The notes under the pieces are model-generated. The model was not told where the DNA came from. It saw only the letters and a program-made list of their open reading frames with translations, and did not search any database. The position numbers and the translations under genes were made by a program. Of a DNA stretch of 64,000 nt, positions 56,601 through 63,431 are shown piece by piece. The stretch spans positions 4,278,001-4,342,000 of the forward strand of contig NC_043018.1 in assembly GCF_006345805.1 (NCBI RefSeq). Direction: 5' to 3'. Source of the DNA: Octopus sinensis (Eukaryota). Position 1 is the stretch's first letter; every line of letters starts with the position of its first letter.

Positions 56601-57563
56601 TAAATAACCAGTGCATACTTTAAAGCAGTTGACATAAATATATGCCGAACCATTGTCATGTGCTAAATGCTGCTCTAGGCTGAGAGGATTACTGTCAGTG
56701 CAGCCTACTTGCCTGATAAAAAACCGTTGTCATGGGGTTAATTTTTTGCATAGCCCTAATACCCCTTACAAGTGAACTTAACAGAACAGGATATGGCTAT
56801 AAAATTGACAAGGAAATAAGCCATCTATTTTAAAATAATAACTTAAAACTCTATTGCTAAGACAGTGATGAGCTTGAAGGCCTATTATGTACTCTGAAAG
56901 CATTCAATGATGACATTGGGATGGAATTTGGTCTTGATAAATGTGTCAAGGCCACTTTCCAGAAACATACACATACACGCACGCACGCATGCACGCACAC
57001 ACACACACACGTGCGCACACACACACACACATACATACATAGTCATTATTAAATGTATGTTTTCAAAGAGATGGATCAGAAGAATCGATAAAGCATTGGA
57101 CAATGCCCTGTAGTGTTTGTCCCAGCTCTTTACATTCCAAGGTCAATGTAACCACCTACAGGCTAGAAAACAAGTGCTTCAGTTTGGCCATAATCCAATC
57201 AGTGCCCCAAACATGGCCAAAATTCAATGACTAACACCAATAAAAGTTTAAAAGAACAAAAGAATAACCCTTCCCAAGTGATCAATAAATACCTGCTAAT
57301 TTTGATGGAACTGAGTGTGAGGAAGATATGGTTCCATTCTTGGTCTGGTTCTTTTGTTATTTCGAAAAAGTTTCTCAGTTTCAGATAGCCAAGACGTATG
57401 TACAGTAGGTCAGTTGATTTGGAATGTTTTGGAATCAGTAATATTGGAGCATACACATCAAAGTTGAAACTGGTGTGTACATGATGCAGCTTCATACGGT
57501 TCATCTATTAGGAAATAAATAAATGAATAAATAAATAAATAAATAAATAGATAAATAATAATA

Positions 57564-57604
<41 letters not shown>

Positions 57605-58580
57605 TACTTTCTAATTGATGTATCATACCAGCAGATGACAACGTGTCTCTAAATTCCTATCATGGTGGGAACATTAGGTATCATAAATAAATATTCAGAC
57701 AAAAACATAACAAAAACACCAGGACTTACATATAACATACAGAAAATTACACTACTGGGCACTGCACACATCCTACGCAGAACACCTTCAATACAGTAAG
57801 CATCAGAGCACCACAACAAATCACAGAACATACCCAAGGCACACAGAGCTGCGCTCGGTAGTGAAGTGAAAGCACGCTATAAAAATAAAACTACTGAAGA
57901 AGAAGAAGAAGACGAAGAAGAAGAAGAAGAAGAAGAAGAAGAGAAGAAGAAGAAGAAGAAGAAGAAGAAGAAGAAGAAGAAGAAGAAGAATGATAATAAT
58001 AATAATAATAATAATAAATGCCCTGATGCAGTACCAGTCAGTGGTTCTCATGGCTTCTGATCTTAACTGATTGGAAGTGTTATCATGTACATTGTTTTGT
58101 CTTGAAATAAAAGATGGGCTACAGCAAATATTCTGCTCAATACCACAGATTTGCTTGTCAGTTGTTTGACCTTAGTCAGTTGACCATGTCCCTTAGTGGC
58201 TGACGATATGTGCATCTCTGATCATGAGCAGAAGTAGTGGGGGAGCATCATAGCCATGTATTGAAAGGAATTCTTGGAGGTTTGGATAATTCCCCTCTGG
58301 AAACATGGGTGGTTCTTTCAACATCCTTAAACAACCCTTATTCAGGGATCTTTTCAGCGGGATGGGCTACTAAACCAGAAGAAAATTCTAACTGGGCCCC
58401 ACCCGCAAGGTCATGCGCTGTTTATCTTGATATAAGATCACCTTGTCGCGCACATATGGTTGTGATGCATGTGCCTAGTGTACCCTTATCAGACGGGTAG
58501 TCAAGATGGGTATACTGGGCGTCGTATATTTTACCCCAGTGTCACTTTGATGACATGCGCTGCTCTCTTACTCAATAGTA

Positions 58581-58612
<32 letters not shown>

Positions 58613-60709
58613 CTTTTCTACTGGAAGCATAAGGCCTCAAATTTAGGGGCTGGGATTAAGCTGATTACATTGACCCCAGTACATATCTGGTACATATTTA
58701 ATTGACCCTGAAAGGATGAAAGGCAAAGTCAACCTTCGTGGAATTTGAACTCAGAATGCAGTGGCAAACAAAATATCACTAAGAATTTCACCCTGCATGC
58801 TAGTGATTCTGCCTTAATAATAATAATAATCCTTTCTATTATAGGCACAATTTTAGGGAGTGGAGATTAGTCAATTACATTGACTCCAGTGTTCCACTGG
58901 TACTTAATTTGTCAACCCTGAAAGGATGAAAGGCAAAGTCAACCTTGGCAGAATTTGAACTCGGAACATAAAGACTGATGAAATGCTGCTAAGCATTTCA
59001 CCCAGCATGCTAACCACTCTGCCAGCTCACTGCCATTTTAATGATAATAATGGTTTCAAATTTTGTCACAAGGGCAGAAATTTGGGGCGTGGGGGGGATG
59101 AGTTGATTACATTGACCCCCAGTGTTCAACTGGTACTTATTTTATTGACCCCAAAAAGATGAAAAGCAAAGTCAACCTCAATAGAATTTGAACTCAGAAC
59201 ATAGTGTCAGGTGAAATACCGCTAAGCATTTTGTCCAGCACGTTAATGATTCTGCCAGCATGCCACCTTAATAATAATAATAATAATAATAATAATGATA
59301 ATAATAATAATAATGATGATAATAACAATAATAATAATGATGATAATAATAATAATAATAATGATAATAATAATGATAATAATAATAATAATAATAATGA
59401 TAATAATAATAATAATAATAATGATAATAATAATAATAATGATAATAATAATAATAATAATAATAATGATAATAATAATGATGATGAGGAAGAGGAGGAT
59501 TTCTTTTATTTGCCATGCAGGCAAGTTAAAATCAGAGCTCTGATAACGGGTGTTATGGGAATGGTTCTAAAATAAGTAGATAACTCCATGACTAAAGCCC
59601 CAGGACCAATATTCCTTCTGTGAATGTTGCACAGAAATTTGCTTTGAGTGTAGCTTTTGTTTTTCTTTGCAGAGTATGTGGTCAGGTTAGTGGTCAGCGG
59701 GTATTCAGCTGACGATCGTAAGGTCATGAGTTCGATTCTTGGTGGTGGTGCATTGTGACCTTGAGCAAGGCACTTCACTTCACATTGCTCCCATCCACTC
59801 AGCAGGCAAACATTAGTAGGACCTGCATCTGAAAGGGCCAGCCTTGTCACACTCTGTGTCATTACATCTTTCCATCTTTGGTTCCTCTGCTCCTGATGGA
59901 GTCACATGACTTGAGCATTTTAAACCAGCCAAGTCTATTCCTCTACAGGTCTGGTCATAGCTGATGATTGAGTAGTGAGAGTGATAGAGAGAGAGAGAGA
60001 GAGAGAGGGGGAGTGAGAGAAAGAAGAGTATGAGAAAGAGAGAATCACCCTCAGTATTGGTCATATTTTATTTTGACCCCGAAAAGACAAAAGCAAATTT
60101 GACCTCAGTAGAGTTTGAATACAATAAAATGAGGGGGTGGGTTCCCCCCCCCCCAATATTTAAAGATAGAACTTTAAGAATATTATTGGTAATAAGTTGC
60201 AGTAAAAGAAAATAAATGGAAAGAAGTGAGACAAACATTTTTAGTGACGGTTCTTGAGACAGCAGCACCAGTCTCATCAATAAGGGTTGGAGTAACAATT
60301 GGTTCAAAAAACCTCTGAAAGGGAAATTTGGAGAAGTTTAATAAAATTTTACTAAAACATTGCAATCAAAGTTTTACATATTGTAAGTGCAAAGGTCATG
60401 CTTCACCACTTCATCCCAAGTCTTCCACCTCATATACATATATCTTTCAGGTTGCAGAGAGCAACTAATTCCTTCCGGTCTCTTCAGTCTCGTGTCTGGT
60501 CCCAACATGGCATCGCAAGGAGAACAAAAGTTGCTGTGTACCGTGCTTGTGTACTGACATCACTTCTTTACTCATGTGAGACATAGACTCTGTACAAACG
60601 TCAGGTAAGGGTCCTTGAACGTTTTCATCACAGATGTCTCAGACACATTCTCAATGTATATATATATACATATATATATATATATACATATATATGTTTG
60701 AGGTCCAGC

Positions 60710-60752
<43 letters not shown>

Positions 60753-62804
60753 CTCTTCAACAAAGCATTGGCCACTTGTATTCCTTTGTCATCTCCTCTG
60801 AGATGACAGAGAAACACAGCATCCTGAAATCAGATTTTTCACCACTTCTGCCCATGTATACTGATTCCTCTTCTATTTTCTAGTTTAAATTCAGATCCGG
60901 TATTGAGCACACATCCAAGAAACATAGTGTACATGTTAATATTAAAAAAAAAAGTCAATGTTTTTATTTCTTAAGAATGAAGTTAAGAATGAGATTAATA
61001 GTTGCTCCCTTCCACCAGTCAGGTACCACTGTATGGTCCTTGTATGGGCAAGTGTCATTCCATGTTGTATGAGTTATACTTTGCAGCTGGAAACTGCTTG
61101 GAAACCAATCATGTAGGTTGCTTCTATAATTTAGAAGTCCACCTTTGTCACATTGATTGTATTTAGGATTATGCTGATGCTACCCACACGTGTCTGGAAT
61201 TCTTGGCCAATGACATGCGGATTCAATAAGCAGGTTGTTCAGTTGATTAACCAACTGAGCAATCATCATCAAGGCCAACAGAGAACCATTTGCTAGCACC
61301 AAAAATGATGCATCCATCAGAATTTGATTTTCTTCATTTTCATTAACAAATATGCACTGAATAATGTACAACTTTGTTACACTTTCTTTTTAAATATATT
61401 TCAACTGTTGTGGAATATATTTTGAAAATTTCTACCAATCTTGTCAACCCACAAACAACATTGTTTCAATATTTTCTACTTTTACAATATGTCTACAGAC
61501 CAATGAAATACATTCGAGCTACAGCAGGGCTTCCCCAGCAACTGATGGTACATCTATTAATCCAGACACAATTATTAGAAGGACACTTAATTTCTCATGT
61601 CCATTATAAATAACTCATAGACTGCCAGGCCTTCATGACATGAATTAGTTTATTCACTTGTAACATACCACAAGAGTGGAAACACTCTCCCCACATCTAA
61701 CTATAATGATATAAAGAGGCAAATGTTTAAAACTTAATCTAAAACTCTATGTTAACCCTTTAAAGCAGTGGTTCTGAAGTGGGGTCCATATAAAGTTTTG
61801 CTGTTGAAGATTTATATGCAATAAACTGGTTAAGCTTTGAGAAAACACAAAATATTTTTTTAACAATTCCTCATAATATTTAATTATAAAAATATAACAG
61901 GATTTTTTTAAACATCAAGTGACTATAAGGGTCCATCCAAGTAAAGCAGGAATCAAAAGGGGTCCATAGGTAAAAAAAAAAATGGTTGGGAACCACTACT
62001 TTAAAGACCCCTCTCTTTGGGAAGAGCAAATTAATAAATAATTTACCTTTACTGTGAAGAATACAGCATCCTAGCTTGAAGGAAGGAAAAGTAAATATGT
62101 TCTCTTTGCAGTTGCATTACAAGAGAAGGACGAGTAGGGTTCTAGAGGTTAGATTCTGTTTGCACCTAATATTACTATAGGTGAAGGACTGGGAAAATGT
62201 TTTGTTTCTATTGCATAAACAAAGGCTTGTCATGAAGGCTTAGTTGTGAAAATAATTATTAATAATGTACTGATAATCTTCTAGGAATAATTATTATTAC
62301 AAGCCTTCTGTTAATCCAGAGAAACAAGTCATCTGGCATGGGTTTGGCACCAAGAGTAACAGAAAATGGGTCTTGTATCTGTATTATAATAAATTCATTC
62401 TACAACCAAACATACATTTTTGCAAAGAAGTTAACTAAAACTTACAGTGAGGTCCCAGAAAAATTTTGCGAGGCACACAACTTGAAGTTGACCAACACGT
62501 AACCGGATTTTGTAATCTGGATTCTTTTTATTCTTCCCATGAATCTTATTGTAGTATATAAACTGAAAAGTGCAAAAGAAAAAAAAAAAAAACAAGAATA
62601 TACATTGTCCTTTTATTTGATTTTGGCAAAATTAGAGCAAAAGAAAAAACAGAAAATGAGTTTTCTATATTTTTGTTATTCACAAAAAAGATAAGCAGTA
62701 AACATTTTATTGTTTTTTAATTTTAAACTAGAAAACAGTTTTATTTTTAACTTATCTCTTTGTAGATTGGAGAAAAGAAACAACATCATTGCCTATCAAA
62801 GGAC

Positions 62805-62880
<76 letters not shown>

Positions 62881-62883
62881 GGG

Positions 62884-62923
<40 letters not shown>

Positions 62924-62925
62924 AG

Positions 62926-62961
<36 letters not shown>

Positions 62962-62998
62962 GAGGGAGAGAGAGGAGAGGGAGGAGAGAGAGAGAGGG

Positions 62999-63029
<31 letters not shown>

Positions 63030-63389
63030 GGAGAGAGGGAGAGAGAGGAGAGAGAGAGAGAGAAGAGAGAGAGAGGGAGAGAGAGAGAGAGAGAGGGAGA
63101 GAGAGAGAGAGGGAGAGAGAGAGAGAGGCTCTATAAAATCAACCTCATCCTGCACCAATATTAACATGCAGTCAATGCCATCAGCTTTTCTACACAAGAA
63201 TTGGTCTACTTAGTCATCAATGCCATCACCATGAAGAAAGCATTCAGAAAATCAGAAACTTGGATATAGAATAAAGCAGCTGCCAAAAATTAGATGGTTA
63301 TTTATATTTAAAGCTGTTTCAATAAGATTCAATACCAAAATATGCCTCACCTCCAGTTCAAATAGGTTTGACTTTTCAAGCATTATGAT
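2347..63389 (-). CDS. VPS13: VPS13A/C-like bridge lipid-transfer protein, 21 internal exons (partial gene, ~961 aa)
   Basis: Exons joined at GT-AG sites give one uninterrupted frame. It carries VPS13-type segments: [80 protein letters not shown]. Paralogue (A vs C vs lineage-specific) cannot be fixed without a tree. Confidence 0.93.
2665..2850 (+). mobile_element. SINE-like family A inside a TTAA-type MITE
   Basis: Family-A consensus; flanked by tcattattaag on both sides. Confidence 0.7.
3424..3536 (-). CDS. VPS13: VPS13-like exon (113 nt, NPEEKVQG...[11 protein letters not shown])
   Basis: Acceptor gtttctattcttag, donor gtaagt, phase 0-2. Confidence 0.83.
3961..4066. mobile_element. Tc1-like MITE (106 bp)
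   Basis: TIRs CAGGGTGTTAAAAA / TTTTTGAACACCCTG with TA on both sides. Confidence 0.75.
4275..4490 (-). mobile_element. SINE-like family A
   Basis: Near full-length (~210 bp) reverse copy with B-box-like GTTCAAATTC. Confidence 0.75.
4770..4985 (-). mobile_element. SINE-like/LINE-tail family B with (GAT)n tail
   Basis: Core aagggcatccagctgtagaaac...tggtgcagc. Other copies: 22305-22360 (-), 23030-23213 (+), 32315-32520 (+), 39280-39460 (-), 48935-49075 (-), 52920-53150 (+). Confidence 0.7.
5215..5605 (+). mobile_element. Two tandem SINE-like family A copies
   Basis: gagctggcagaa...gttcaaattc...tttgcctttcatcct units at ~5215 and ~5400, separated by attattattaa. Confidence 0.8.
5720..5761 (-). 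CDS. VPS13: VPS13-like exon (42 nt, [14 protein letters not shown])
   Basis: Acceptor ttttttatcgttatcag, donor gtaagt, phase 0-0; completes an IN(E)LG motif. Confidence 0.82.
6580..6990 (+). mobile_element. RTE-type LINE ORF2 fragment (EN-RT linker)
   Basis: [34 protein letters not shown]...[15 protein letters not shown]...HYERMLNEE across a frameshift. Confidence 0.65.
7077..7898 (+). mobile_element. Internally deleted hAT (Charlie/SPIN-like) transposon
   Basis: TIRs C(T)GTGCTGCCCAAC / GTTGGGCAGCACTG; 8-bp TSD tttttaaa/cttttaaa; remnant [19 protein letters not shown] Zn-finger coding at ~7550-7750. Confidence 0.75.
8016..8087 (-). CDS. VPS13: VPS13-like exon (72 nt, [24 protein letters not shown])
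   Basis: Acceptor gtatgtttgcag, donor gtaagt, phase 0-0. Confidence 0.87.
8490..9005 (+). mobile_element. Two tandem family B copies with internal ~25-bp repeats
   Basis: Repeated gctggttccac(a)taa(g/a)aa units; ends in (GAT)n at ~8970-9005. Confidence 0.65.
9020..9180 (-). mobile_element. SINE-like family A
   Basis: Degenerate reverse copy directly after a family-B (GAT)n tail. Confidence 0.6.
10275..10575 (-). mobile_element. RTE (BovB-like) LINE 3' end
   Basis: Minus frame gives [21 protein letters not shown], then a short 3' UTR running into (TA)n. Confidence 0.75.
11256..11296 (+). ncRNA. Type I hammerhead ribozyme, canonical core
   Basis: CCAGA-CTGATGA-TGAG(caaata)CTCA-GAAA-CTAG-TC-TCTGG: stems I and II pair, palindromic ACTAGT helix III, GUC cleavage triplet (after 11291). 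Confidence 0.85.
12154..12296 (-). CDS. VPS13: VPS13-like exon (143 nt, SLSDEVDG...[27 protein letters not shown])
   Basis: Acceptor tgtttcaatgtag, donor gtgagc, phase 1-0. Confidence 0.92.
14071..14285 (+). mobile_element. SINE-like family A
   Basis: Full consensus ggcgagctggcag...gttcaaattccgctgaggtcgactttgcctttcatcc; flanked by ttatttcaatcattaat on both sides. Another copy at 14795-14997. Confidence 0.8.
15146..15361 (-). CDS. VPS13: VPS13-like exon (216 nt, DTVSHQSS...[11 protein letters not shown]...HAGMS), acidic Ser-rich, symmetric phase 1-1
   Basis: Acceptor ctccctatttcag, donor gtatga; 216 nt open. Confidence 0.85.
15897..17268 (+). mobile_element. Possible solo LTR
   Basis: Begins TGTTATGATATAT; TATA-like ttataaag ~16887; aataaa ~17059 and ~17121. 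No TSD found and the right end runs into microsatellite. Confidence 0.3.
17270..19310. repeat. ~2-kb compound (TA)n/(TACA)n microsatellite
   Basis: Almost entirely TA, TACA and CA units; source of many spurious Y/I/M/C ORFs. Confidence 0.97.
19836..21100 (-). mobile_element. Degenerate DD37D (maT-like) Tc1/mariner transposon
   Basis: Frameshifted [41 protein letters not shown]...[12 protein letters not shown]; TA+CAGGGCGC TIR-like end at 19836. The other end was not identified. Confidence 0.8.
21654..21867 (-). CDS. VPS13: VPS13-like exon (214 nt, MVQAASQP...[16 protein letters not shown]), low-complexity insert
   Basis: Acceptor tctcctatttcag, donor gtaagt, phase 0-1. Confidence 0.88.
22048..22176 (-). 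CDS. VPS13: VPS13-like exon (129 nt, [27 protein letters not shown]...RPWELQIK)
   Basis: Acceptor cttctcctttccag, donor gttagg, phase 0-0; strongest VPS13 signature in the window. Confidence 0.96.
22225..23020. repeat. Cluster of (TA)n, (CA)n, (TG)n microsatellites
   Basis: Direct inspection. Similar arrays at 3880-3960, 9280-9325, 10100-10280, 10595-10750, 30495-30640 (GATA/TA) and 60655-60750. Confidence 0.95.
23590..24720 (+). mobile_element. Old R4/Dong-type (RLE) LINE 3' fragment
   Basis: Frameshifted [26 protein letters not shown]-region and (R)PD..VVD.K RLE motifs. Confidence 0.65.
24790..27185 (+). mobile_element. R4/Dong-type (RLE) LINE: two tandem 3' fragments, the second chimeric
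   Basis: [21 protein letters not shown]; [16 protein letters not shown]...[14 protein letters not shown] (CCHC); RPDIVV..LIDV RLE. Starts after and ends in (TAA)n. Confidence 0.88.
27456..27628 (-). CDS. VPS13: VPS13-like exon (173 nt, DTGCSEKK...[20 protein letters not shown])
   Basis: Acceptor ctgtatttttag, donor gtacag, phase 1-0. Confidence 0.9.
27955..28155 (+). mobile_element. Family B copy, well preserved
   Basis: cactacactcacggagtggttggcgttcggaaggacatccagctgtagaaac...atgttaaacgatgatgatgatg. Confidence 0.8.
28230..28989 (-). mobile_element. Non-autonomous Helitron, copy 1
   Basis: Minus-strand 3' end: hairpin followed by CTAG|T. 5' TATATAAAACTCAAC region interrupted by a hammerhead element. 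Both ends shared with 51492-52129. Confidence 0.75.
28990..29195 (+). mobile_element. PLE pseudo-LTR-like element with inverted partial duplication and hammerhead
   Basis: 59-bp perfect inverted arms (28990-29048, 29067-29125); flanked by (TA)n; related copy at 38870-38990. Confidence 0.7.
29055..29092 (+). ncRNA. Minimal type I hammerhead ribozyme, intact core
   Basis: CTGT-CTGATGA-ACG(GCAA)CGG-GAAA-CTCAGAG-TA-ACAG. The stem II closing pair is A.G in this copy (A-T in the 38882 copy). Confidence 0.75.
29940..30200 (-). mobile_element. CRE-like RLE LINE C-terminal fragment
   Basis: [26 protein letters not shown] resembles the RPDG.T..P...G..L.WD.T..DT RLE motif. Confidence 0.55.
30200..30485 (-). 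mobile_element. Family B copy
   Basis: Reverse copy with internal tandem ggtgc(t/a)ttt(t)atgtgccacc units. Confidence 0.75.
30647..30875. mobile_element. PLE pLTR-like element with 45-bp inverted duplication
   Basis: 30647-30691 is the reverse complement of 30798-30842 (2 mismatches); flanked by (TA)n; homologous to 9905-10100. Confidence 0.55.
30920..31330 (+). mobile_element. RTE-type LINE 3' fragment
   Basis: GAETWWLRE...[26 protein letters not shown]...LRWFGHM.R...[12 protein letters not shown]. Confidence 0.75.
31741..31846 (-). CDS. VPS13: VPS13-like exon (106 nt, KKENFTPP...[21 protein letters not shown])
   Basis: Acceptor tttttcctattttag, donor gtttgc, phase 0-1; follows a 148-nt intron. 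Confidence 0.88.
31995..32159 (-). CDS. VPS13: VPS13-like exon (165 nt, IIYPSDITF...[25 protein letters not shown])
   Basis: Acceptor gtttcttttccag, donor gtgagt, phase 0-0. Confidence 0.92.
32790..33420 (+). mobile_element. Internally deleted DD37D (maT-like) transposon
   Basis: [11 protein letters not shown]...[17 protein letters not shown]: 37 residues between the last two catalytic Asp. Confidence 0.8.
33424..33800 (+). mobile_element. tRNA-derived SINE family C with internal (TG)n
   Basis: tRNA-like head: tgtggtaagaag (A-box-like) and ggttcagtccc (B-box-like). Other copies: 1885-2065 (-), 19315-19470 (-), 29390-29610 (-), 40292-40470 (+), 41900-42060 (-), 50170-50420 (-). Confidence 0.75.
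34194..34310 (-). CDS. VPS13: VPS13-like exon (117 nt, AGMRIDYF...[17 protein letters not shown])
   Basis: Acceptor ttgtttattccag, donor gtaaga, phase 0-0. Confidence 0.9.
34520..36420 (-). mobile_element. Penelope-like element (5'-truncated): RT C-terminus, GIY-YIG endonuclease, pLTR with hammerhead
   Basis: FLDILVS...[33 protein letters not shown]...RGYP; CxxPxCRTC...[37 protein letters not shown]; low-complexity 3' region; ends in (TA)n. Confidence 0.9.
34630..34665 (-). ncRNA. Minimal hammerhead motif with core variant (CUGUGGA)
   Basis: CTTT-CTGTGGA-A-GAGC(GTAG)GCTC-GAAA-CG-TA-AAAG in the PLE 3' pLTR. Confidence 0.65.
36406..36567. repeat. Foldback inverted repeat (~65-bp arms) plus a third partial direct copy to ~36640
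   Basis: ccctccacaagcatgtaaccttcc...tacttata / tataagta...ggaaggttacatgcttgtggaagggg. Confidence 0.85.
36645..37460 (-). mobile_element. RTE-type LINE RT fragment with internal Cys/His-rich insert
   Basis: [27 protein letters not shown] ... [11 protein letters not shown]. Confidence 0.88.
37505..37745 (+). mobile_element. SINE family C, 3' half
   Basis: gacaactggtgttggtgtgtttatgtcccc...ccagcatggctgcagtcaaatgactgaaac, matching the 3' part of the 63432 copy. Confidence 0.7.
38025..38296 (-). CDS. VPS13: VPS13-like exon (272 nt, DLSLRKLRF...[23 protein letters not shown])
   Basis: Acceptor tatatttacag, donor gtaagt, phase 1-0. Confidence 0.93.
38882..38919 (+). ncRNA. Hammerhead motif, sister of 29055, core CCGACGA (U4C)
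   Basis: CTGT-CCGACGA-ATG(GGAA)CGT-GAAA-CTCTGAG-TA-ACAG. Confidence 0.6.
39660..39990 (+). mobile_element. CRE-like LINE RT-thumb fragment
   Basis: [28 protein letters not shown] resembles W.QA.LP...GGLG.RSA..LA.PAFL. Confidence 0.55.
40770..41260 (+). mobile_element. Penelope-like GIY-YIG fragment
   Basis: [29 protein letters not shown]..., then [18 protein letters not shown]; contains stops. Confidence 0.75.
41662..41865. mobile_element. hAT-type MITE
   Basis: TIRs CAGTAATTCTCAA / TTGAGAAACACTG; related to 61766-61998. Confidence 0.6.
42196..42293 (-). CDS. VPS13: VPS13-like exon (98 nt, VLKIVKN...[15 protein letters not shown])
   Basis: Acceptor tgtcataccatcag, donor gtaact, phase 2-1. 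Confidence 0.88.
42609..42815. mobile_element. piggyBac-type MITE
   Basis: TTAA-TCCTTTAGCATTC...GAATGCTAAAGGA-TTAA; a related reverse copy lies at 43286-43454; nested in a larger TTAA-type MITE (~42488-42915). Confidence 0.7.
43706..43920 (+). mobile_element. SINE-like family A
   Basis: Full consensus; flanked by tat(a)tt(t/c)atgttctaaa on both sides (TSD-like). Confidence 0.8.
44183..45830 (+). mobile_element. R4/Dong-type LINE 3' fragment split by a solo LTR
   Basis: [14 protein letters not shown]...KILRDFMI | [17 protein letters not shown]...ALGT...[11 protein letters not shown]; (TAA)n at both ends. Confidence 0.85.
44363..45398 (+). mobile_element. Solo LTR (1036 bp, Ty3/Gypsy-like)
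   Basis: TG...CA ends with imperfect IR (TGTAGCAATA vs rc TGTTAGAATA); 4-bp TSD ggtg/agtg; removing it restores the host LINE frame; CCAAT, TTTAAATA and AATAAA in order on +. Confidence 0.85.
45840..46052 (-). mobile_element. SINE-like family A
   Basis: Reverse copy between (TAA)n runs. Confidence 0.75.
46095..46647. mobile_element. Unclassified ~550-bp TAA-flanked element, copy 1
   Basis: Colinear with 54778-55318 and 58019-58574; no long ORF or TIR seen. Confidence 0.85.
46739..46890 (-). CDS. VPS13: VPS13-like exon (152 nt, [13 protein letters not shown]...[16 protein letters not shown])
   Basis: Acceptor ttggttctag (an in-frame cag 9 nt downstream is an alternative), donor gtaaca, phase 0-2. 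Confidence 0.88.
47425..48703 (-). mobile_element. Full-length degenerate mariner (1279 bp)
   Basis: ~29-bp TIRs (..GAAAAGTTCAT(A/G)GGCTG), TA TSD; frameshifted [15 protein letters not shown] and [10 protein letters not shown] motifs. Confidence 0.9.
49223..49386 (-). CDS. VPS13: VPS13-like exon (164 nt, GYHFPPKE...[23 protein letters not shown])
   Basis: Long pyrimidine tract ending in aag acceptor, donor gtcagt, phase 1-0. Confidence 0.88.
51492..52129 (+). mobile_element. Non-autonomous Helitron, copy 2 (638 bp)
   Basis: A|TC start, CGTGC-atagaac-GCACG subterminal hairpin, CTAG|T end. Confidence 0.85.
52484..52571 (-). CDS. VPS13: VPS13-like exon (88 nt, [29 protein letters not shown])
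   Basis: Acceptor ctttgtctttcag, donor gtaaat, phase 0-1. Confidence 0.9.
53161..53400. repeat. Degenerate ~29-bp tandem repeat
   Basis: Units such as attgctacatt(gc/at)aaagtgataatatatg at 53188 and 53304; related units at ~52705-52790. Confidence 0.7.
53465..53612 (-). CDS. VPS13: VPS13-like exon (148 nt, AELSLADD...ISGQLDLVK)
   Basis: Acceptor ttttattacag, donor gtaact, phase 2-0. Confidence 0.92.
53715..54725 (+). mobile_element. R4/Dong-type LINE 3' fragment
   Basis: Same family as 24790-27185, with intact 3' UTR; (TAA)n on both sides. Confidence 0.88.
54778..55318. mobile_element. Unclassified ~550-bp TAA-flanked element, copy 2
   Basis: See copy 1. Confidence 0.85.
55330..56000 (+). 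mobile_element. R4/Dong-type LINE pre-RT fragment
   Basis: Degenerate [14 protein letters not shown]...PPMEEV..FWKNIW and ITYLLPK. An RT piece ([15 protein letters not shown]) lies at ~56790-56965. Confidence 0.65.
57293..57504 (-). CDS. VPS13: VPS13-like exon (212 nt, [25 protein letters not shown]...SIKISR)
   Basis: Acceptor atttcctaatag, donor gtattt, phase 0-2. Confidence 0.92.
57603..57895 (+). mobile_element. R4/Dong-type LINE extreme 3' end
   Basis: FLIDVS...VGTLG...[19 protein letters not shown] plus 3' UTR; between (TAA)n and (GAA)n(TAA)n. Confidence 0.8.
58019..58574. mobile_element. Unclassified ~550-bp TAA-flanked element, copy 3
   Basis: See copy 1. Confidence 0.85.
58615..59270 (-). 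mobile_element. Three head-to-tail SINE-like family A copies
   Basis: Units ~58615-58815, 58830-59030 and 59050-59270, separated by TAA repeats. Confidence 0.8.
59270..59490. repeat. (TAA)n/(TGA)n microsatellite
   Basis: Direct inspection. Other TAA arrays at 24780, 27185, 44145, 46660, 53620, 57530; (GAA)n at 57895-57990. Confidence 0.97.
59680..59870 (+). mobile_element. tRNA-derived SINE family D
   Basis: Head with gagttcgattc, then tgtgaccttgagcaaggcactt; reverse copy at 40050-40250. Confidence 0.6.
60237..60314 (-). CDS. VPS13: VPS13-like exon (78 nt, [26 protein letters not shown])
   Basis: Acceptor tttccctttcag, donor gtttgt, phase 0-0. Confidence 0.8.
60430..60660 (+). mobile_element. 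RTE LINE fragment
   Basis: [24 protein letters not shown]...[13 protein letters not shown]. Confidence 0.75.
61766..61998. mobile_element. hAT-type MITE (233 bp)
   Basis: TIRs CAGTGGTTC / GAACCACTA; perfect 8-bp TSD ctttaaag. Confidence 0.8.
62805..63127. repeat. (AG)n-rich microsatellite
   Basis: Direct inspection. Confidence 0.97.
63351..63389 (-). CDS. VPS13: VPS13-like exon 1 in window (39 nt, [13 protein letters not shown]), tentative
   Basis: Acceptor ctttgtctcttttcag, donor gtgagg, phase 0-0; only this frame is open and it joins in frame to the next exon. Short, so weakly supported. Confidence 0.55.
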
Positions 63390-63431
63390 CTGAAAAGAGA
63401 CAAAGAAATTTTAAATTATATGAGACAAAAA

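Noticed and set aside
61180-61371. 63-aa minus ORF as a VPS13 exon
   Set aside because: No VPS13 similarity or convincing splice sites; not needed for phase continuity.
63130-63250. Exon-like ORF tail ([20 protein letters not shown])
   Set aside because: All three minus frames have stops upstream, and no fitting splice pair was found.
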